64,000 nt of DNA from Chiloscyllium plagiosum (taxonomy: Eukaryota), in NCBI RefSeq assembly GCF_004010195.1, contig NC_057749.1, positions 7,939,901 to 8,003,900 on the forward strand, in the 5' to 3' direction. Both the position numbers and the translations under genes were made by a program. Position 1 is the stretch's first letter, and each line of letters begins with the position of its first letter. The notes beneath the pieces were generated by a model. That model was not told the DNA's origin. It was given only the letters and a program-made list of their open reading frames with translations, and did not search any database. Of this stretch, positions 1 through 13,282 are shown in pieces.

Positions 1-171
1 TGAAGGTATGGGTTTAGGAAACCATGTTAAGGAGTAATAGTGAGCTGAATTAGTATTTATTTCAAAAGTCTTGAGGGGAGACATTAATCAAAGAAAAATA
101 GTATCAAAAGAATGCACAGAAAATTACTGAAAGAAACTGGTTATAGCCATGCCAACTAAGCAAGGAACTTT

Positions 172-300
172 CAAATAAAAGCAAAACACTGCAAATGCTG
201 GAAATTTGAAGCAAATAGAAATTGTGGAGCAATTGAGCAATTAAGGCAGCAAATGACCCTGCTGAGTTTTTCCAGCATTTTCTGTGTTTAAAACAAACAA
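172..300. mobile_element. Old, degenerate PLE-terminal-repeat fold-back remnant
   Basis: actgcaaatgctggaa...ggcagca followed by cctgctgagtttttccagcattttctg; the motifs resemble the better-preserved hairpin elements elsewhere in the window. Confidence 0.45.
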
Positions 301-1661
301 CTTCAATATGGAGGTGAGGCAACCCTTCATTGACGTTTGAATGTTTGTAAAGATATCTTTCAGATAAAAAGGACAAATTCTGGACTCTTTCTTTCTGATG
401 TTTGGAATGAGATCCTTCCAATAGTTTTTATATCTTGAGGTATACTTTGTGCTTTTCGTTTGTGCAGTACACTTTTATGTTCTTTTGCTAAAAGTACATT
501 GGCAGCCTCTTGTGAACATGTCTTGCCACCTTTCACTCTGGGATTTGACTTGGCCAGTGTTATCTTCACATAAGATCACAACAACAAGATGAACTAAATC
601 TGCCTGAAATTGCTATACATTACCCTGCAATACTTCAATTCTTGCATCAGACAAGCTAAGAATGCTTTTCCAAGTTGAGTTGGAGGGGAGACCAATCTTG
701 AATTGGGGTCAGGAAGACTTTCTTTACAGAAAAAGAGGCCATTCCAAGTTGGAGTAATGGAGTTGCAAGCATCAGATTCATTCAGTTTGTGGAATTAATT
801 AGCTCCTTTCAGCTTTCTTCCTGGATGTTTGGATTCTGAAGGTTAAATAGTTTTCTCATTTGTATGCATTCCCTGGTCTAACAAACAGCAAAAAAGGAAG
901 CTATCACCTTTTATTCCCTTTGACATGTTTGAGTGCCATGGTTAAATATGAACAAATATTCAAATCTCTGGCCTGTGCTGCTTGAATCTTTCTGTATGGT
1001 CCAATGTATATCAGACTCAAAATCAACTTGACACATCATATTTTTCCCTTTTCTTATTTAGTAAAGAGTGTTGCGATCTTCTACTTTTCACCAATATTTC
1101 AATCATATAACAAAGACTGATAAACAGTAATGCCAATTGTTTTATGTGAAGATAGATGTAATATTAATTGAAGGTATCTAGGCATGGCTGACTTCTTTGA
1201 GTGCTGCTCTGTTCTGGGGCAGAGTCATGGGAGTATTCATATCTTACCTCAAAGTGTGTTATAGCAGTTTAAGGTATGCTTCATAAAGATGCATGACAAG
1301 AAACAATTCTACCTGCTGGAAATACCTGCCAGATGTATGGTCGTGGACAAGATCAAGTTTATCAGCCACACAAGGACCCACAGAATCCACAACCAATGAC
1401 AGAATTTCCAAGGTGGACAATCATTGATTGACAATGACATAAGGTACATGCACGTCAAATTGCAACATTAGGCATGAAATTGGCCATGTGCAGTGACAAT
1501 ATTGGACTTGTTTTGGCACCCATAATATATCACTATTTCACTGAAATCAAAAGACATGACTCTGGGCCAGAATGTGTAACAAGCATTCTGTACGAGACAG
1601 CATTCATATCCATATCTAATTTCACCCCAATACAGATCTACATTGTGTCCTATTACAGGTA

Positions 1662-1899
1662 AGAGAAAGTGAGGACTGCAGATGCTGGAGATCAGAGTCA
1701 AAACATGTGGTTCTGGAAAACCACATCTGGTTAGGCAGCATCTGAGGACCAGGAGAGTCAATGTCTCGAACATAAGCTCTTCATCAGGGATGAAGAAGCT
1801 CTTCATTCCTGATGAAGAGCTTATGCTTGAAAAGTTGACTCTCCTGCTCCTCATTGCTGCCTAAATGGATGCTCTTTAAAGTGCCACACTTTTTGACTC
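1662..1899. mobile_element. PLE-derived inverted-repeat (fold-back) element with degenerate hammerhead cores
   Basis: Starts gagaaagtgaggactgcagatgctggag; mirrored arms centred near 1795; ctgatgaagagcttatgcttgaaa at about 1809. Confidence 0.8.
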
Positions 1900-2697
1900 C
1901 TTTACATGCAGAAGAGAAAAGGCCAATGAAGTGACAGGAAACATCGACAATAAAGCAATATTAGATAATGAGAGACAATCTGACAATCTGCAAAGGAGAT
2001 ATGGTATCCATAATGCCAACTAAAATGAAATAATTAGCTTCTTCAATGTGCAAAATACATTGTTTTCTTCGGGAGATAAAATCAATATGACTCCCTCTGT
2101 TTTCTCATTTAACAAAAAGTTGATATGTAGGTGACAAGAAAGAAAACATTCCAGACCATCTGGGCATTCCCAATGTGCACAAATCACCAACTACCCAAAC
2201 TTAGGCAATCAACAGTCCCCTTCAACTTCCTCCATCGCAACATCTTGGCTAACAAGAGCCATTTGACAAACAGTCAGCATTCTTTGTTCTTTTTATATAA
2301 ATCATTATGGTCACTTGGATTTAACATTCTTGCATTTATCCTGATGAGAACAAAATGGAAATCTTTCACAATATGTCTTCCTGATAAATAGAGGAACGCT
2401 TTATCAAACTGAAATTAAATAAGCCAGGACGTTTTATGTGTGATCTCACTCCCAAAAGCCAGATTTCAATTTTGGTCAAAGGCAAATTTAATTAAATGTG
2501 AACTATCTACGTTGAAAAATACAGTGCAAAGATTTTAATTATATTCAGAATTTATTATAACATAGATTCAGTAATTAATTCAGGAATCTTATCTAAATCT
2601 TGTATAGAGAACCTGTAATAAGCTAAATTCATGTACACTGACAGGCAACTCCTGTTTGTCCATACTGCTATTCTTTACTTAACTGCATGTTCGTCAA

Positions 2698-3965
2698 TAG
2701 AGTCATAGAGATGTCCAGCACGGAAACAGACTCTTTGGTCCAACTCCTCCATGCTGACCAGATATCCCAATCTAATCTAGTCCCATTTGCCAGCACCTGG
2801 CCCACAACCCTCCAAACTCTTCCTATTCATATACTTATCCAGATGCCTTTCAAATGTTGTGATTGTACCAACCTCCACCACTTATCATTCCATGCATGCA
2901 CCAACCTCTACATGAAAATGTTGCCCCTTAGGTCTGTTTTATATCTTTCCCTTCTCACCCTCAATCTATGCCCTCTAGTTCTGAACTCCCCCTCCCCAGG
3001 GTATGCCCTCTAGTTCTGAACTCCCCCTCCCCAGGGAAAATACTTTGGCCATTTGTCCTATCCATGCCCTTCATGAATTTATAAACCTCTATAAGGTCAC
3101 CCCTCAGCCTCTGACACTCCAGGGAAAACAACCCCTGCGTATTCAACCTCTCCCTATAGCTCAAATCCTCCAACCCTGGCAACATCCTTATAAATCTTTT
3201 CTGAACCCTTTCAAGTTTCACAACATCCTTCTGAACTGCACGCAATATTTTAAAAGGGGCCTAACCAATGTCCTGTACAGCCGCAATATGACATCCCAAC
3301 TCCTGTACTCAATACTCTGGCCAATAAAGGAAAGCATATCAAATGCTTTCTTCACTATCCGATCTACCTGTGACTCCACTTTCAAGGAGCTATGAACCTG
3401 CACTCCAAGGTTCAGCAACACCCCCTAGGACCTTACCATCAAGTGTATAAATCCTGCTAAGATTTGATTTTCCAAAATGCAGCACTTCGCATTTATCTCA
3501 ATTAAATTCCATCTGCCACTCCTCAGCCCATTGGCCCATCTGATCAAGTTCCCATTGTAATCTGAGGTAACCTTCTTCGCTGTCTACTATACTTCAATCT
3601 GCAAACTAACTAACTATACCTCTTATGCTCACATCTAAATCATTTACATAAATGATTAAAAGTAGTGGACCCAGCACCGAACCTTATGGCACTCCACTGG
3701 TCACAGGCCTCCAGTCTGAAAAACAAACCTCCACCTCCATCCTCCGCCTTCTACCTTTGAGCCAGTTCTGTATCCAAATGGCTGGTTCTCCATGTATTCC
3801 ATTAGATCTAACCTTGCTAACCAGTCTCCCATGAGAACCTTGTCGAATGCCTTGCTGAAGTCCATGCAGATCAAATCCACTACTCTGTCCTCATCAATCC
3901 TCTTTGTTACTTCTTAAAAAAAACTCAATCAAGTTTGTGAGACATGACTTCCCACGCATAAAGTC
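2698..3965 (-). mobile_element. CR1/HER1-type LINE, 5'-truncated, RT C-terminal part plus 3' tail
   Basis: Minus ORFs contain LERVQKRFIRMLPGLEDLSYRERL...RLRGDLIEVYK and LYRTLVRPLLKYCVQF; (CTCTATGA)n-type tail at the left end. Confidence 0.92.
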
Positions 3966-4062
3966 AATTAAACAATTCAATGATGTTTAAAGAGTAGATG
4001 ATAGGAAAGCCATGATCTTTCACTTGTTACTCAAATCTGATGAGTTGATAATCCAAGAAAGT

Positions 4063-4415
4063 ATGACATGGTAGCTCAATGGTTAGCACTGCTGCCATAC
4101 AGCATCAGAGGTTCATATTGGATTCCACTCTTGGGTGAGCGTCCGTGTGGATTTTGCACATGCTCCCCGTGTCTGCATAGGTTTCCTCCAGGGGCTCCGG
4201 TTTCCTCTCACAGTCCAAAGATGTGCACGTTAGTCGGATAGGCCATGTTAAATTGCCCAGAGTATTCAGTGGTGTGCAGGCTGGTGGGTGAGCCTAAGAA
4301 AAAGCAGGGTTACAGGGATCTGTTAGAGGAGCTGGGTCTGGGTGGGATACTCGTTGGAGAGTCAATGTGGATTTGATGGGTCAAATGACCTGTGTGCACG
4401 CTGTAGGGATTCTAT
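4063..4415 (+). mobile_element. HE1-type tRNA-derived SINE
   Basis: Head tggtagctcaatggttagcactgctgcc, body ggtttcctccagg...cagtccaaagatgtgca, tail ctgtagggattcta. Confidence 0.85.
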
Positions 4416-5717
4416 TAAAAGTGTGCAGTGCAATTTTAATAAGGGAACATTTAGCCCATCAAGCCCGTTGAGCCCATTCTAACATTCAATATATTTGTGG
4501 CTGAATTGAAATGATATAATGGCTGTTAGTATTTGTTTCTCATCTTCCTATCACGACCACACCCATTGAGAGGGGATTCAGAAAAGGCATTGAGCACAAT
4601 CCATAATGGGAAATTATGGGCTGGTGTTGCTAATCCAGATTGACTGCCATTATTGTATTTGGAACTAGTCACCATCATAGATTCTTCGTAATGGCTAACA
4701 CTAGGAGAAAAAGAAAGTAAAACAATCCCTTTAATTAGAGAGAGGATGAAAGACGAGATAATCCCGATAGGAACAGACTATATTAAAGGCTCTGTGTGCT
4801 GTTTTCAAAGTCTTCAGTTCCATTACATCAAATGTATGACTAAAAACTAATTTCTAAAAAATCTTCAGTGACCCCTAAGCAGTGCCCCCCATAATAACAG
4901 TCCCCTGACTCCACCTGCTTTCACAATTGCAAGATCCCAGATTTGCAAATTTGGAATCTGTTCAACTTAGATAAGAGCAAGCTGTCTTGCTTAGATTAAA
5001 GATTCAGTTTCAGCTATTGTCCCTCTCTGGGAAAAGATGAAGACTTATCTCAGTGCGATAACAGGTGAGGCAACCCTAGCTTCGGCCTCCAATTCCACAG
5101 AAAGTGCTGATAAGGTGCTTTGTGCAAAGGGGGTGGAAGATTTCTTTTCTTCACCATTCCAGATACAAAGAAGCAAAGAAAGTGCAGATTTGAGATAGAG
5201 GCTCCAGATGAAAGGCGCCCGTTTGTTGTGGTTTTAAAGTTGATTGTTTGTGGGCAGTATCATCCAAAACAAGAATAAAAATGTGCGGTTGTGCCGTGTC
5301 ATGACAACTCAAAAAAAATGTTAAAACGTTGGTCTACAGATCTTGACTTTGAACGACAGGGTAAAATGGACGCTTGCAAGGCAACAGCCTGTTTCACATC
5401 TCATCTGAATGTTGCCACTTTATATTTCAATTAAAGTCAGAGGTAAACTGGCTGCCAACTCACTGTTGCCTGTTTTGCTCTATAAAGTGACAATTTATTG
5501 CATAGAAAATGGCATATTACAGCTGTACCCATCTCTGCCTGTGTTTGTCCTCCATAGGAACCTTTCGCCCACACTTTGTCATCAGCAAATCAATGAAAAC
5601 CCCTTTACGGCCCATGGAAATCACTAATTCATTTCCCTGTGGAATTTGTTGAGTATGAGTTGTTGAGGAAACAGCCTGACCATCTGGAACTCAATACCTG
5701 AGTTCTTCAGATGAGTC

Positions 5718-5815
5718 ATTCCTGATGAAGAGCTTTTGCCCAAAACATCGATTTTCCTGCTCCTCGGATGCTGGCTGACCAGCCGTGCTTTTCGAGCACC
5801 ACTCTAATCTAGACT
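5718..5815 (+). mobile_element. Single-arm PLE terminal repeat with decayed hammerhead core
   Basis: cattcCTGATGAagagcttttgcccAAAAcatcgattttcctgctcctcggatgctg. Confidence 0.75.
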
Positions 5816-6021
5816 CCCTCATAACACTGTGGTATGAGGACCCCTCTTGTGGCACAGTGGTACCATCACTGCCTCTCTGAACAGGTTAATTAGGAAAAAT
5901 GAGTTAAATAAAAATAGTGCTCATTTGGGAGGGTATTAGACTGGCGATCTAATGACACTGGTAAAATCTTGGGTTCCTGCAAAATGAGCAGTTCGTGTCA
6001 GTGTCGGCATTTGCTTGTGAA

Positions 6022-6140
6022 CCATCTTGTGGTACAGAGGTAATGTCCCTATTCCTGAAATGAGCAACGTAAGTTCAAGTCCCATCTGCTCCAGAGATAT
6101 ATAATGACATCTGTGGACAGGTTGGTTGGAAAAATAGGCA
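6022..6140 (+). mobile_element. Short tRNA-like SINE (related heads near 5845, 6640 and 62830)
   Basis: cttgtggtacagagg (A-box-like) and gttcaagtccc (B-box-like); a similar head recurs in the window. Confidence 0.5.
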
Positions 6141-6179
6141 TTTTTATGGCTGAGTCAATCAATTTAGACTCTTATTTCC

Positions 6180-6367
6180 TGATTTGGAGGTGCCGGTGTT
6201 GGACTGGGGTGTACGAAGTTAAAAATCAAGCAACACCAGCTTATGGTCCAACAGGTTTATTCAGAAGCACTAGCTTTCAGAGCTTTCATCTAGTGGTTGT
6301 AGCACTCAAAAGCTAGTACTTCCAAATAAACCTGTTGGACTATAATCTGGTGTGTGATTTTTAACTT
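6180..6367. mobile_element. Fold-back element of a second PLE terminal-repeat family
   Basis: Arm aagttaaaaatca...ccaacaggtttatt...agcactagcttt is mirrored by aaagctagtact...aataaacctgttgg...tgatttttaactt; flanking direct repeat ttatttcc at 6172-6179 and 6368-6375. Confidence 0.75.
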
Positions 6368-7119
6368 TTATTTCCAGCTTCTTATTGAATTCAAATTCCA
6401 ACATTTTTGCCATGGCAGGATTCAATCCTATGTCAACTCCCTGGGGTCACTGGGTTAACAGTTGAGTGATAATACTTCCTTTCCTGTCATCAAACTGTCC
6501 ATAAAATGTGGCTGTCCTGTTCACCTCAACTACATCATGAGATACCAAGTCCCACATCCTAAACACTCTCTGGGTAAAGAAGTTTCTCCTGAATTCCCGA
6601 TTCAATTCTCAAATTGCTGAACATGTCATTTTTGTTGGAGCTTTGTAGCACAATAGGTAATGTCCGTATCTCTGAGACAGAGGTTCTGGGATCAGGTCCA
6701 ACTCGAGGTCCTGATGGCTGAGGAAGGTGTGTTCACAATGTTGCTACACAGGATGAGTAGCAACTTGTAAGTGCTACCAACACATGCCAATGGCATCTGA
6801 TAAGAGATTCCTGGTCAGTCGTGTGATGGAGTCTCTACCATCTCTCTGCATAGCTCCACACTGCAACATGCATGTGGAAGTTTACATCACCGCACCAAAT
6901 CAGACTCTCTGTGTGAACTGTAGCACACAACCATCTTGTATGTGTGGCCCTACGTTTTAATCTCACCCATAAGTAAAAACTTGAACAGAATGAGCCAACA
7001 GATCACCCTTCAGCTTTTGAGTCTTTACAGAGAAGAACCCCAGCTTGATCAGTTTCTCCTGGGAAGTGTGACCTCTCCAGTCACACAGAGTCAAGTTTTC
7101 AGCCCCATGTCTAAGTAAA

Positions 7120-7745
7120 GATGTGCTGATCTTGGAGGGGGTCCAGATGAGGTTTACAAGATTGATTCCAGGGATGAAGGACAGGTCTTATGAGGAACAG
7201 TTGAGGACTCTGAGTCCATAATCAATGGAGTTTAGAAGGATGAGGGGAGATCTCATTGAAACATATAGAATACTGTGATGCCTGGATAGAGTGGACATGG
7301 AGAAGATGTTTCCATTAATCAGAGAAACTGGGACCCAAGGGCACAGCCTCAGAGTGGATAGATGATCCTTTAGTACTGAGATGAGGATGAATTTCTTCAG
7401 AGTCAAAACGTGTGGTGCTGGAAAAGCACAGCCGGTCAGGCAGCATTCGAGGAGCAGGAGAGTCAACGTTTCGAGCATAAGCTCTTCATCAGGAATGTGA
7501 CTAATGTCTTCAGCCAGAGGGTGGTAAGTCCATGGGACTCATTTCCACAGTGGTGGCTGTGCAGACTAAGACATTGAGTGTATTTCAGGCAGAGAGAAAT
7601 AGGTTCTTGATTGATAAGAGGATCAAGAGTTCCAGGAAGAAGGAAGGAGAATGGGGTTGGTAAACAGCACAGGTACAAATGAAGGGGGGAGCAGACTTGA
7701 TAGGCGGAATGGCCTAATTCTGCTCCTAAATCTTTTGGCCTTATG
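7120..7745 (+). mobile_element. CR1 LINE 3' fragment, interrupted at about 7401-7502 by a PLE arm
   Basis: aggatgaggggagatctcattgaaacatat (RMRGDLIETY); ttcttcag on both sides of the insert. Confidence 0.8.
7465..7492 (-). ncRNA. Minimal type-I hammerhead ribozyme core in a PLE arm
   Basis: Minus strand reads CTGATGA-A-GAGC-TTAT-GCTC-GAAA-CG-TT. Confidence 0.75.
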
Positions 7746-8614
7746 ATCTGCCTCAATGTAAGTCAATTAATGTCAAGTAAGAGTATTGCTTGGTGGGTTA
7801 GGATGTCTGGTTTGCATTGCAAAGTCTTTCTCCCCTGCTCCCCCCCCCCTCCCCCCACCATACATCTTTTTGCCTTTGCCTTTTGCTGCTGTTAGTTACT
7901 TGACTTAATAACCTGTCAAATCTTATTGATCTTTGACATACAAGAGTTTGACCACTTTGTAATGCTTTTCTCGCTTTATATTGAGTAATCTTTATAAATG
8001 CAGAAAACCAAGAACAAACTCTGCAGGATGCTAGCAGATAGACTTTGCTGTTTTCGCAGGGACTCTACATCGTTCATTTTAAATAAATCCACCAAAATAA
8101 GAGAGAAACGTGTTTCAGACAATCAGATTAAATCTTCAAGCATGAGTATCCCGCAGAGTGATTTCAGGGACAAGATGTTCTGAAAAATTAATAAGTCTCT
8201 CACTTTTCTGCTTTAAATTACTCTTTACGTAATTGACATCGAGTGGAATTGCTTGCGATAAACCAATATTGTCACAGCCAGCTGAGAACATTGGTCACAT
8301 CAGACACCCTGAGACTGGTGCGAAGGAGAGACGTGAGATTGATTGCCAAGTATCATTGCTGCCTGAACAGGGCAGAGCAGAAACTTTTGGCCGCTTCAGT
8401 TTTCCGCATAACACCTGGCCAGTTTCAGGATGTCGCAAAGCATTTTACAACCAAAGATGTCCTTTGACATGTAATCATTGTTGTATGTAAGAAGCATGCC
8501 ACTCGATGTGAGGCCCTACAAACCTGCCACAAGGATGTTTATTCTAATGATGTTGGCTGAGGATCAAATGTTGTCCAATTCTCAAGAGATAAGTGCTCAG
8601 CTTCTTAGAAACAA

Positions 8615-8880
8615 AGGACGTAGGAGCAGGAGTAGGCCATTAACCCTACTCCACCATTCAGTGTGATCATGGCTGAGTATCCAACTCAGCACCCTGTTCT
8701 CACTTTCTCCTCATATCTTTTGATCACTTTAGCCCAAAGAACTATAACTAACTCCTTGGAAACATCCAGTGTTGTGGCCTCAACTGCTCTCTGTGGCAGA
8801 GCGTTCCACAGGCTCCCCATACTCTGGTTGAAGAAATTTCCTCCTCATCTCAGTCCTAAATAGCCTACCCAGTATCATAG
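8615..8880 (-). mobile_element. CR1 LINE 3' fragment
   Basis: ggagcaggagtaggccatt...gttccacaggctccccatactctggttgaagaaatttcctcctcatctcagtcctaaa is the reverse of a CR1 3' end. Confidence 0.7.
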
Positions 8881-8881
8881 G

Positions 8882-9140
8882 ATCCTAACAGTGTGGCCAT
8901 TCTGCCCATTGAGCTCCTGAAGGGCATCCCAACCAGACCCAGCACTTTCCTGTAAACCCTAATTTAGCATGGCCAATTCCCATAACCTGCACATCTTTGG
9001 ACTCTGGGAGAAAACTGGAGCATCTGGAGGAAACCCACACAGACATGGGGAGAACATGCAAACTCCACACAGTCACCTGACGGTAGAACTGAACCCAAGT
9101 CCCTCGCACTGTGTGTAGCAGTGCTAACTACTGAGCCATC
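8882..9140 (-). mobile_element. HE1-type SINE
   Basis: acctgcacatctttggactctgggag...tgcaaactccacacagtca...gcagtgctaactactgagcca. Confidence 0.85.
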
Positions 9141-9427
9141 CTCACATTTCTCCTTTACACCCATTCAGTTTCCCTGTCAATTGTCTTGATTATAAATCCT
9201 TTTCGAAATGCAAAAGTTGTTCTATTTCCTTGATAAAAACCTTTATGAATATTGCCATTAAATCTCACGTTAACCTTCTCTGCACAAAAGAAAATTCCTA
9301 ATCTCTCCGTGTGACTTTTTAAGTCCCATATTCTTTTTATCATTCATTCTGGTGACATGGCCATTGATGATCAAAAGCCAGAATTTAGCATCCATCGCCA
9401 ATTGCCCTGGAGATGATGGTGGTGTTT

Positions 9428-9890
9428 TCATAGTCATAGAGATGTACAGCATGGAAATGGACCCTTTCGTCTAACACACCCATGCCGACCAAATATCTAG
9501 TACCATTTGCCAGCATTTGGCCCAATCCGCCTAAACCTCTCCTATTAATGTACCCATCGAGATGCCTTATAAATGTTGTAATTGTACCAGCCTCCACCAC
9601 TTCCTCTGGCAGCTCATTCCATACACGCACCACCCTCTGCGTGAAAACATTACTCCTTTTAAAACTTGCCCCTGTCACCTTAAACTTATGCCCTCTAGCT
9701 TTGGACTCCCCTACCCAGGGGAAAGACTTTGGCTTTTTACTCTGTACATGATTTTATAAACCTCTATAAGGTCACCCCTCGGCCTTTGAAGCTCCAGGGA
9801 AAAAGCTCCAGCTATAGCAAGATCCGAAAGCTCTCCCTGCAGCTCAAACCCTCCAACCATGACAACATTCTTGTAAATCTTTTCTGAACT
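9428..9890 (-). mobile_element. CR1/HER1 LINE 3' fragment
   Basis: Minus ORF FTQRVVRVWNELPEEVVEAGTITTF; catagtcatagagatg tail. Confidence 0.88.
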
Positions 9891-9932
9891 CTATTCTCCA
9901 GTCCTGGGGACAAAACATCGACCAACAGTGCT

Positions 9933-10300
9933 GTTAGAGTTAGAATTAGAATTAGATTTAATGTCACGTGTTCTCAAGTTATGAAAGTACAAGAGTATAG
10001 TGAAAAGTGTGCAATGTTGCTGATACACAATGCCATCTTCAGTGCAAAGTACCCAGGTACAAACGTTAGGTACAAAAAAAAAAGAAAATAAAGAAAAAGG
10101 TTTCACTACATGACAAATATACATTGTGTAAATTGGGAAAATAAAAGAAAGCTTAAAAGATGGACATTATAGTCTTTTTATAAGGACTTTCACTTGGCCT
10201 GACTGGATTCAACTGGTTCCCAACCAGTTCGGAAGTGAGTTCCAGGATTGTGAACACCGTCACTGAATGGGTATCCCTGTTAATATTCAGGGAAATCTCC
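9933..10300 (-). mobile_element. Non-autonomous retroposon with Rex1/Babar-like 3' tail
   Basis: (TTAGAA)n tail, then gatttaatgtcacgtg...agtgaaaagtg...tgccatctt; resembles the 3' part of 21955-23133; 5' boundary uncertain. Confidence 0.55.
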
Positions 10301-10712
10301 TCCACAACTTTCAACTGATCTGTTTTTCATTTTGTTTCGTGGAAATAAGAGTAGGAGACAGGGTTGGAAGCTGAATAGGAACATGTCATCCCTACCAGAG
10401 ACATTGAAGAATTGGTCAAATTTATCAGTGATTTTGGCCCTTAATTCTGTTCTTTGCAGGATTTCAGGCTGCAGTTGTGCTGCTGTCGCTGGGAGGTGCA
10501 ATATCACCTGACAAGTGACACCTCTTATCTGAAATTATTCATTCGTGCTTTAAAAGCTGCTTGCAAGAGGGCTGTACAAAATTATTGGCTAATTTGAACA
10601 TATTATTTTCGCAATGTGATTGCTGTTCCTCAGATTGCTCCTGTTAGTGTGCGTGGGTGTAATGCGATTTGGAAAGTCATTGAATACATGTGTTTGACTC
10701 TTGAGCACAGAA

Positions 10713-10831
10713 GGAGAAAGTGAGGACTGCAGATGCTGGAGATCAGAGCTGAAAATGAGTTGTTGGAAAAGCGCAGCAGGTCAGGCAGCATCCAAGGAAC
10801 AGGAGAATCGACATTTCGGGCACAAGCCCTT
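10713..10831 (-). mobile_element. Single-arm PLE terminal repeat with 13-bp TSD
   Basis: TSD cttgagcacagaa at 10700-10712 and 10832-10844; the arm stops inside the hammerhead core (...cacaagcccttc). Confidence 0.88.
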
Positions 10832-11169
10832 CTTGAGCACAGAACACAGGACTGGAGGGACAATGGAATGGAGTATCCTCAAAAACGGTTAGAGCATCAA
10901 GGTGGGAAGATTGAACGGACTTTGTAAATTTATCCGGAAGGAATGGGTAAACCACTTGGAGACAGCCAGCACCACTGAGTCTCAATTTAAACCTACTTTG
11001 ACACAGCTAACTTCTCAGTTTGATCAAACAGATAATTCAACATTGAAGCGAGACAGGATTTCTTAAATCTGTTAGAGACAGAAATGGTGAGAACGTGACC
11101 TGAAAACACCAGGACCACCTTCTGTGAGGCAAGCATCTGACTCAAGAGCCTTAATTCTCTTGTGGGTGT

Positions 11170-11450
11170 TGGATTTGATTTTAATTGATTTGATTTGATT
11201 GTAGTCACAAGTACCTAAGTACAATGAAAAGCTTTGTTTTGCGAGCAGTATAGGCAGATCATAGCAAACAAGGACATACAGATCATAGCGTGCTTAGACA
11301 GAGTGAGGTATACAAAGGTTATGACAGCACAGAAGTTGCAACAAAGCAAGATCAGCCTTAGCAAGATCAACATTATTTGAAGTTAGAGAGTTAGCAGTTA
11401 TTAGACTGCTGAATGGACTTCTCTAACTTCAACTATTGCCTATCTTGCTT
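11170..11450 (-). mobile_element. Rex1/Babar-like LINE 3' UTR fragment
   Basis: (GATTT)n tail then gtcaca...tgaaaagctttgttttgc, as at 20196 and 51350. Confidence 0.55.
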
Positions 11451-11766
11451 TGCGTTAGCTTGACTAGAATTTAGTCTCCAACCCTAATTTCCTCTTGTTG
11501 CGGCCATTTCGAAGGGACTATTGAAAGCCCACTGTACTGCTGTGGGTCTTAAATCACATGATCACATTTAGGGTTTTCTTACCTAAAGGCATTAATAAAT
11601 CTGATGGCTATTTACAACAATTGACACAAGGTCACCATTGAGCTAGCTTCAGATTGCAGATCTTTATTTGTTGAATTTCACCACTTGCCATGCACCCATG
11701 CACCCTGGGCTGCTACATTAGTGACCTTGGCATTGAGTTAACACCATCCAACACTGTTTAGCAGTA

Positions 11767-11924
11767 CAGGTCATTCTGCCATAACACATGTTTCATCAGC
11801 ACGAATTGGCAATAGTGCGATTGATTAATTGAGGACTTTGTTTGGATAATGCGAACTTTCTACCAAATGGGTGTAGCGATTTTCCATAGAGGAACACAAA
11901 CTGTTGCGTTATAGCAATGACCTG
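11767..11924. mobile_element. Tc1/mariner-pogo-type MITE
   Basis: TA on both sides; TIRs caggtcattctgccataac and gttatagcaatgacctg. Confidence 0.75.
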
Positions 11925-11984
11925 TAATTTAAACCAGCTGGCTGGAAATTTCCCAAATCAGCAGGTGGTTGTCCTAAATCAAAC

Positions 11985-12315
11985 AATCACTACAGTGTGG
12001 ATGAAGACCATTCGACCCATCAAATCCACAGTTACCATCTGATGAGCATCTCACCCAGGCCCTCTCTCCCCTGTAACCTCATATTTACCATAGCTAACCC
12101 GTCTAGCCTACACATCCCTGGACACTATGAGCAATATAACATGTCCAATCCACCTAACCTGCACAACTTTGGAAGGAAAATGGAGCACCCAGCGGAAACT
12201 TGCATTGAAACAGGGAGATTTTGCAAACCCCTCTCAGTCAGCTGAGGATGTAATCAAAGCTAGGTCCCTGGTGTTGTGAGGCAGCACCGCTAATTGCTGA
12301 GCCAACGTGCCACCC
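11985..12315 (-). mobile_element. HE1-type SINE (diverged)
   Basis: cacctaacctgcacaactttgga...tgtgaggcagcaccgctaattgctgagcca. Confidence 0.75.
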
Positions 12316-13175
12316 AGTGGCTGGGCTCTTGTTCTGAGACTGTGTCTCCTGGTTGTTGAAGAACTCAGCCTGGATACACATCCTGTCTGCAATTACCCTT
12401 CCTCCCCCATCAAGCTCTGCGAGAACTCTGTGCTCACCAATGAGATCACATTCTTATAAATTGCAGAGACCAGCTCCTTTGAATGCATCTGAGTATTTGA
12501 TGAGACTTGTATTTGTAGCTTTGTTGTGAGTGAATTATGTTTAGAGCCTGGAAATCTTCCTGTTTATATTAAATCAACACATTACAGAAGGCTTTGTGGT
12601 GAGAATAGACAATCAGTATCAGTAGTCACACCCCCATCCAGAACCAATCCATTTTACAGTTAAGAAAACCCATTTACAAATCCAATTGCAATGATTATCT
12701 GTGCAACAAAAGGTCAATTTCATTTTTGCTCTAACATTGTCTCTCAGCACAGTCCAGAAATGTGCCAGTTTCACTCTCCTGTCTATGGTTTAGCGAGTCT
12801 CAGCTGCCATGGCGATATAAGTATTGAGCTTTTGCTCAGTATTACTGTGATGAGGGTGGGGCAGAAATAAAATGGGATTTTCTGTCCTATTTGGAGATGG
12901 GGAAGGGAGAGAATCTGGCTTGATATTTCTTAGCAAAACTAATTGCCTGCTGTATCTTTTCACTGACCCAGGTGTGACAGGTTTTTAAAAATAATTCAAC
13001 CGTTTCTTACTGTTCAAGCTGTAGTCATGGTTTGTGAATGGAAAATTGTTTTGTCGTATGACATAGTTCATTGAGTAGGTAAAAACAATGACTGCAGATG
13101 CTGGAAACCAGATTCTGGATTAGTGGTACTGGAAAAGCACAGCAGTTCAGGCAGCATCCGAGGAGCAGGAAAATC

Positions 13176-13203
13176 GACGTTTCAGGCAAAAGCCCTTCAT
13201 CAG
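13176..13203 (-). ncRNA. Minimal type-I hammerhead ribozyme core
   Basis: Minus strand reads CTGATGA-A-GGGC-TTTT-GCCT-GAAA-CG-TC (G-U at the base of stem II). Confidence 0.7.
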
Positions 13204-13254
13204 GAATACAGGCAGAGTGCCTGAAGGGTGGAGAGAGGCACTCTGCCTGTATTC

Positions 13255-13282
13255 CTGATGAAGGGCTTTTGCCCGAAACGTC
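13255..13282 (+). ncRNA. Minimal type-I hammerhead ribozyme core
   Basis: CTGATGA-A-GGGC-TTTT-GCCC-GAAA-CG-TC; predicted cleavage after C13282. Confidence 0.8.

Noticed and set aside
1662..1899. Classifying the palindromes as DNA-transposon MITEs or pre-miRNAs
   Set aside because: Asymmetric arms, long variable TSDs and physical linkage to PLE coding sequence at 29351 favour a PLE origin
8233..8490. Short ORFs in unique sequence as a host exon
   Set aside because: No recognisable domain or convincing splice pair; cannot be excluded without RNA-seq
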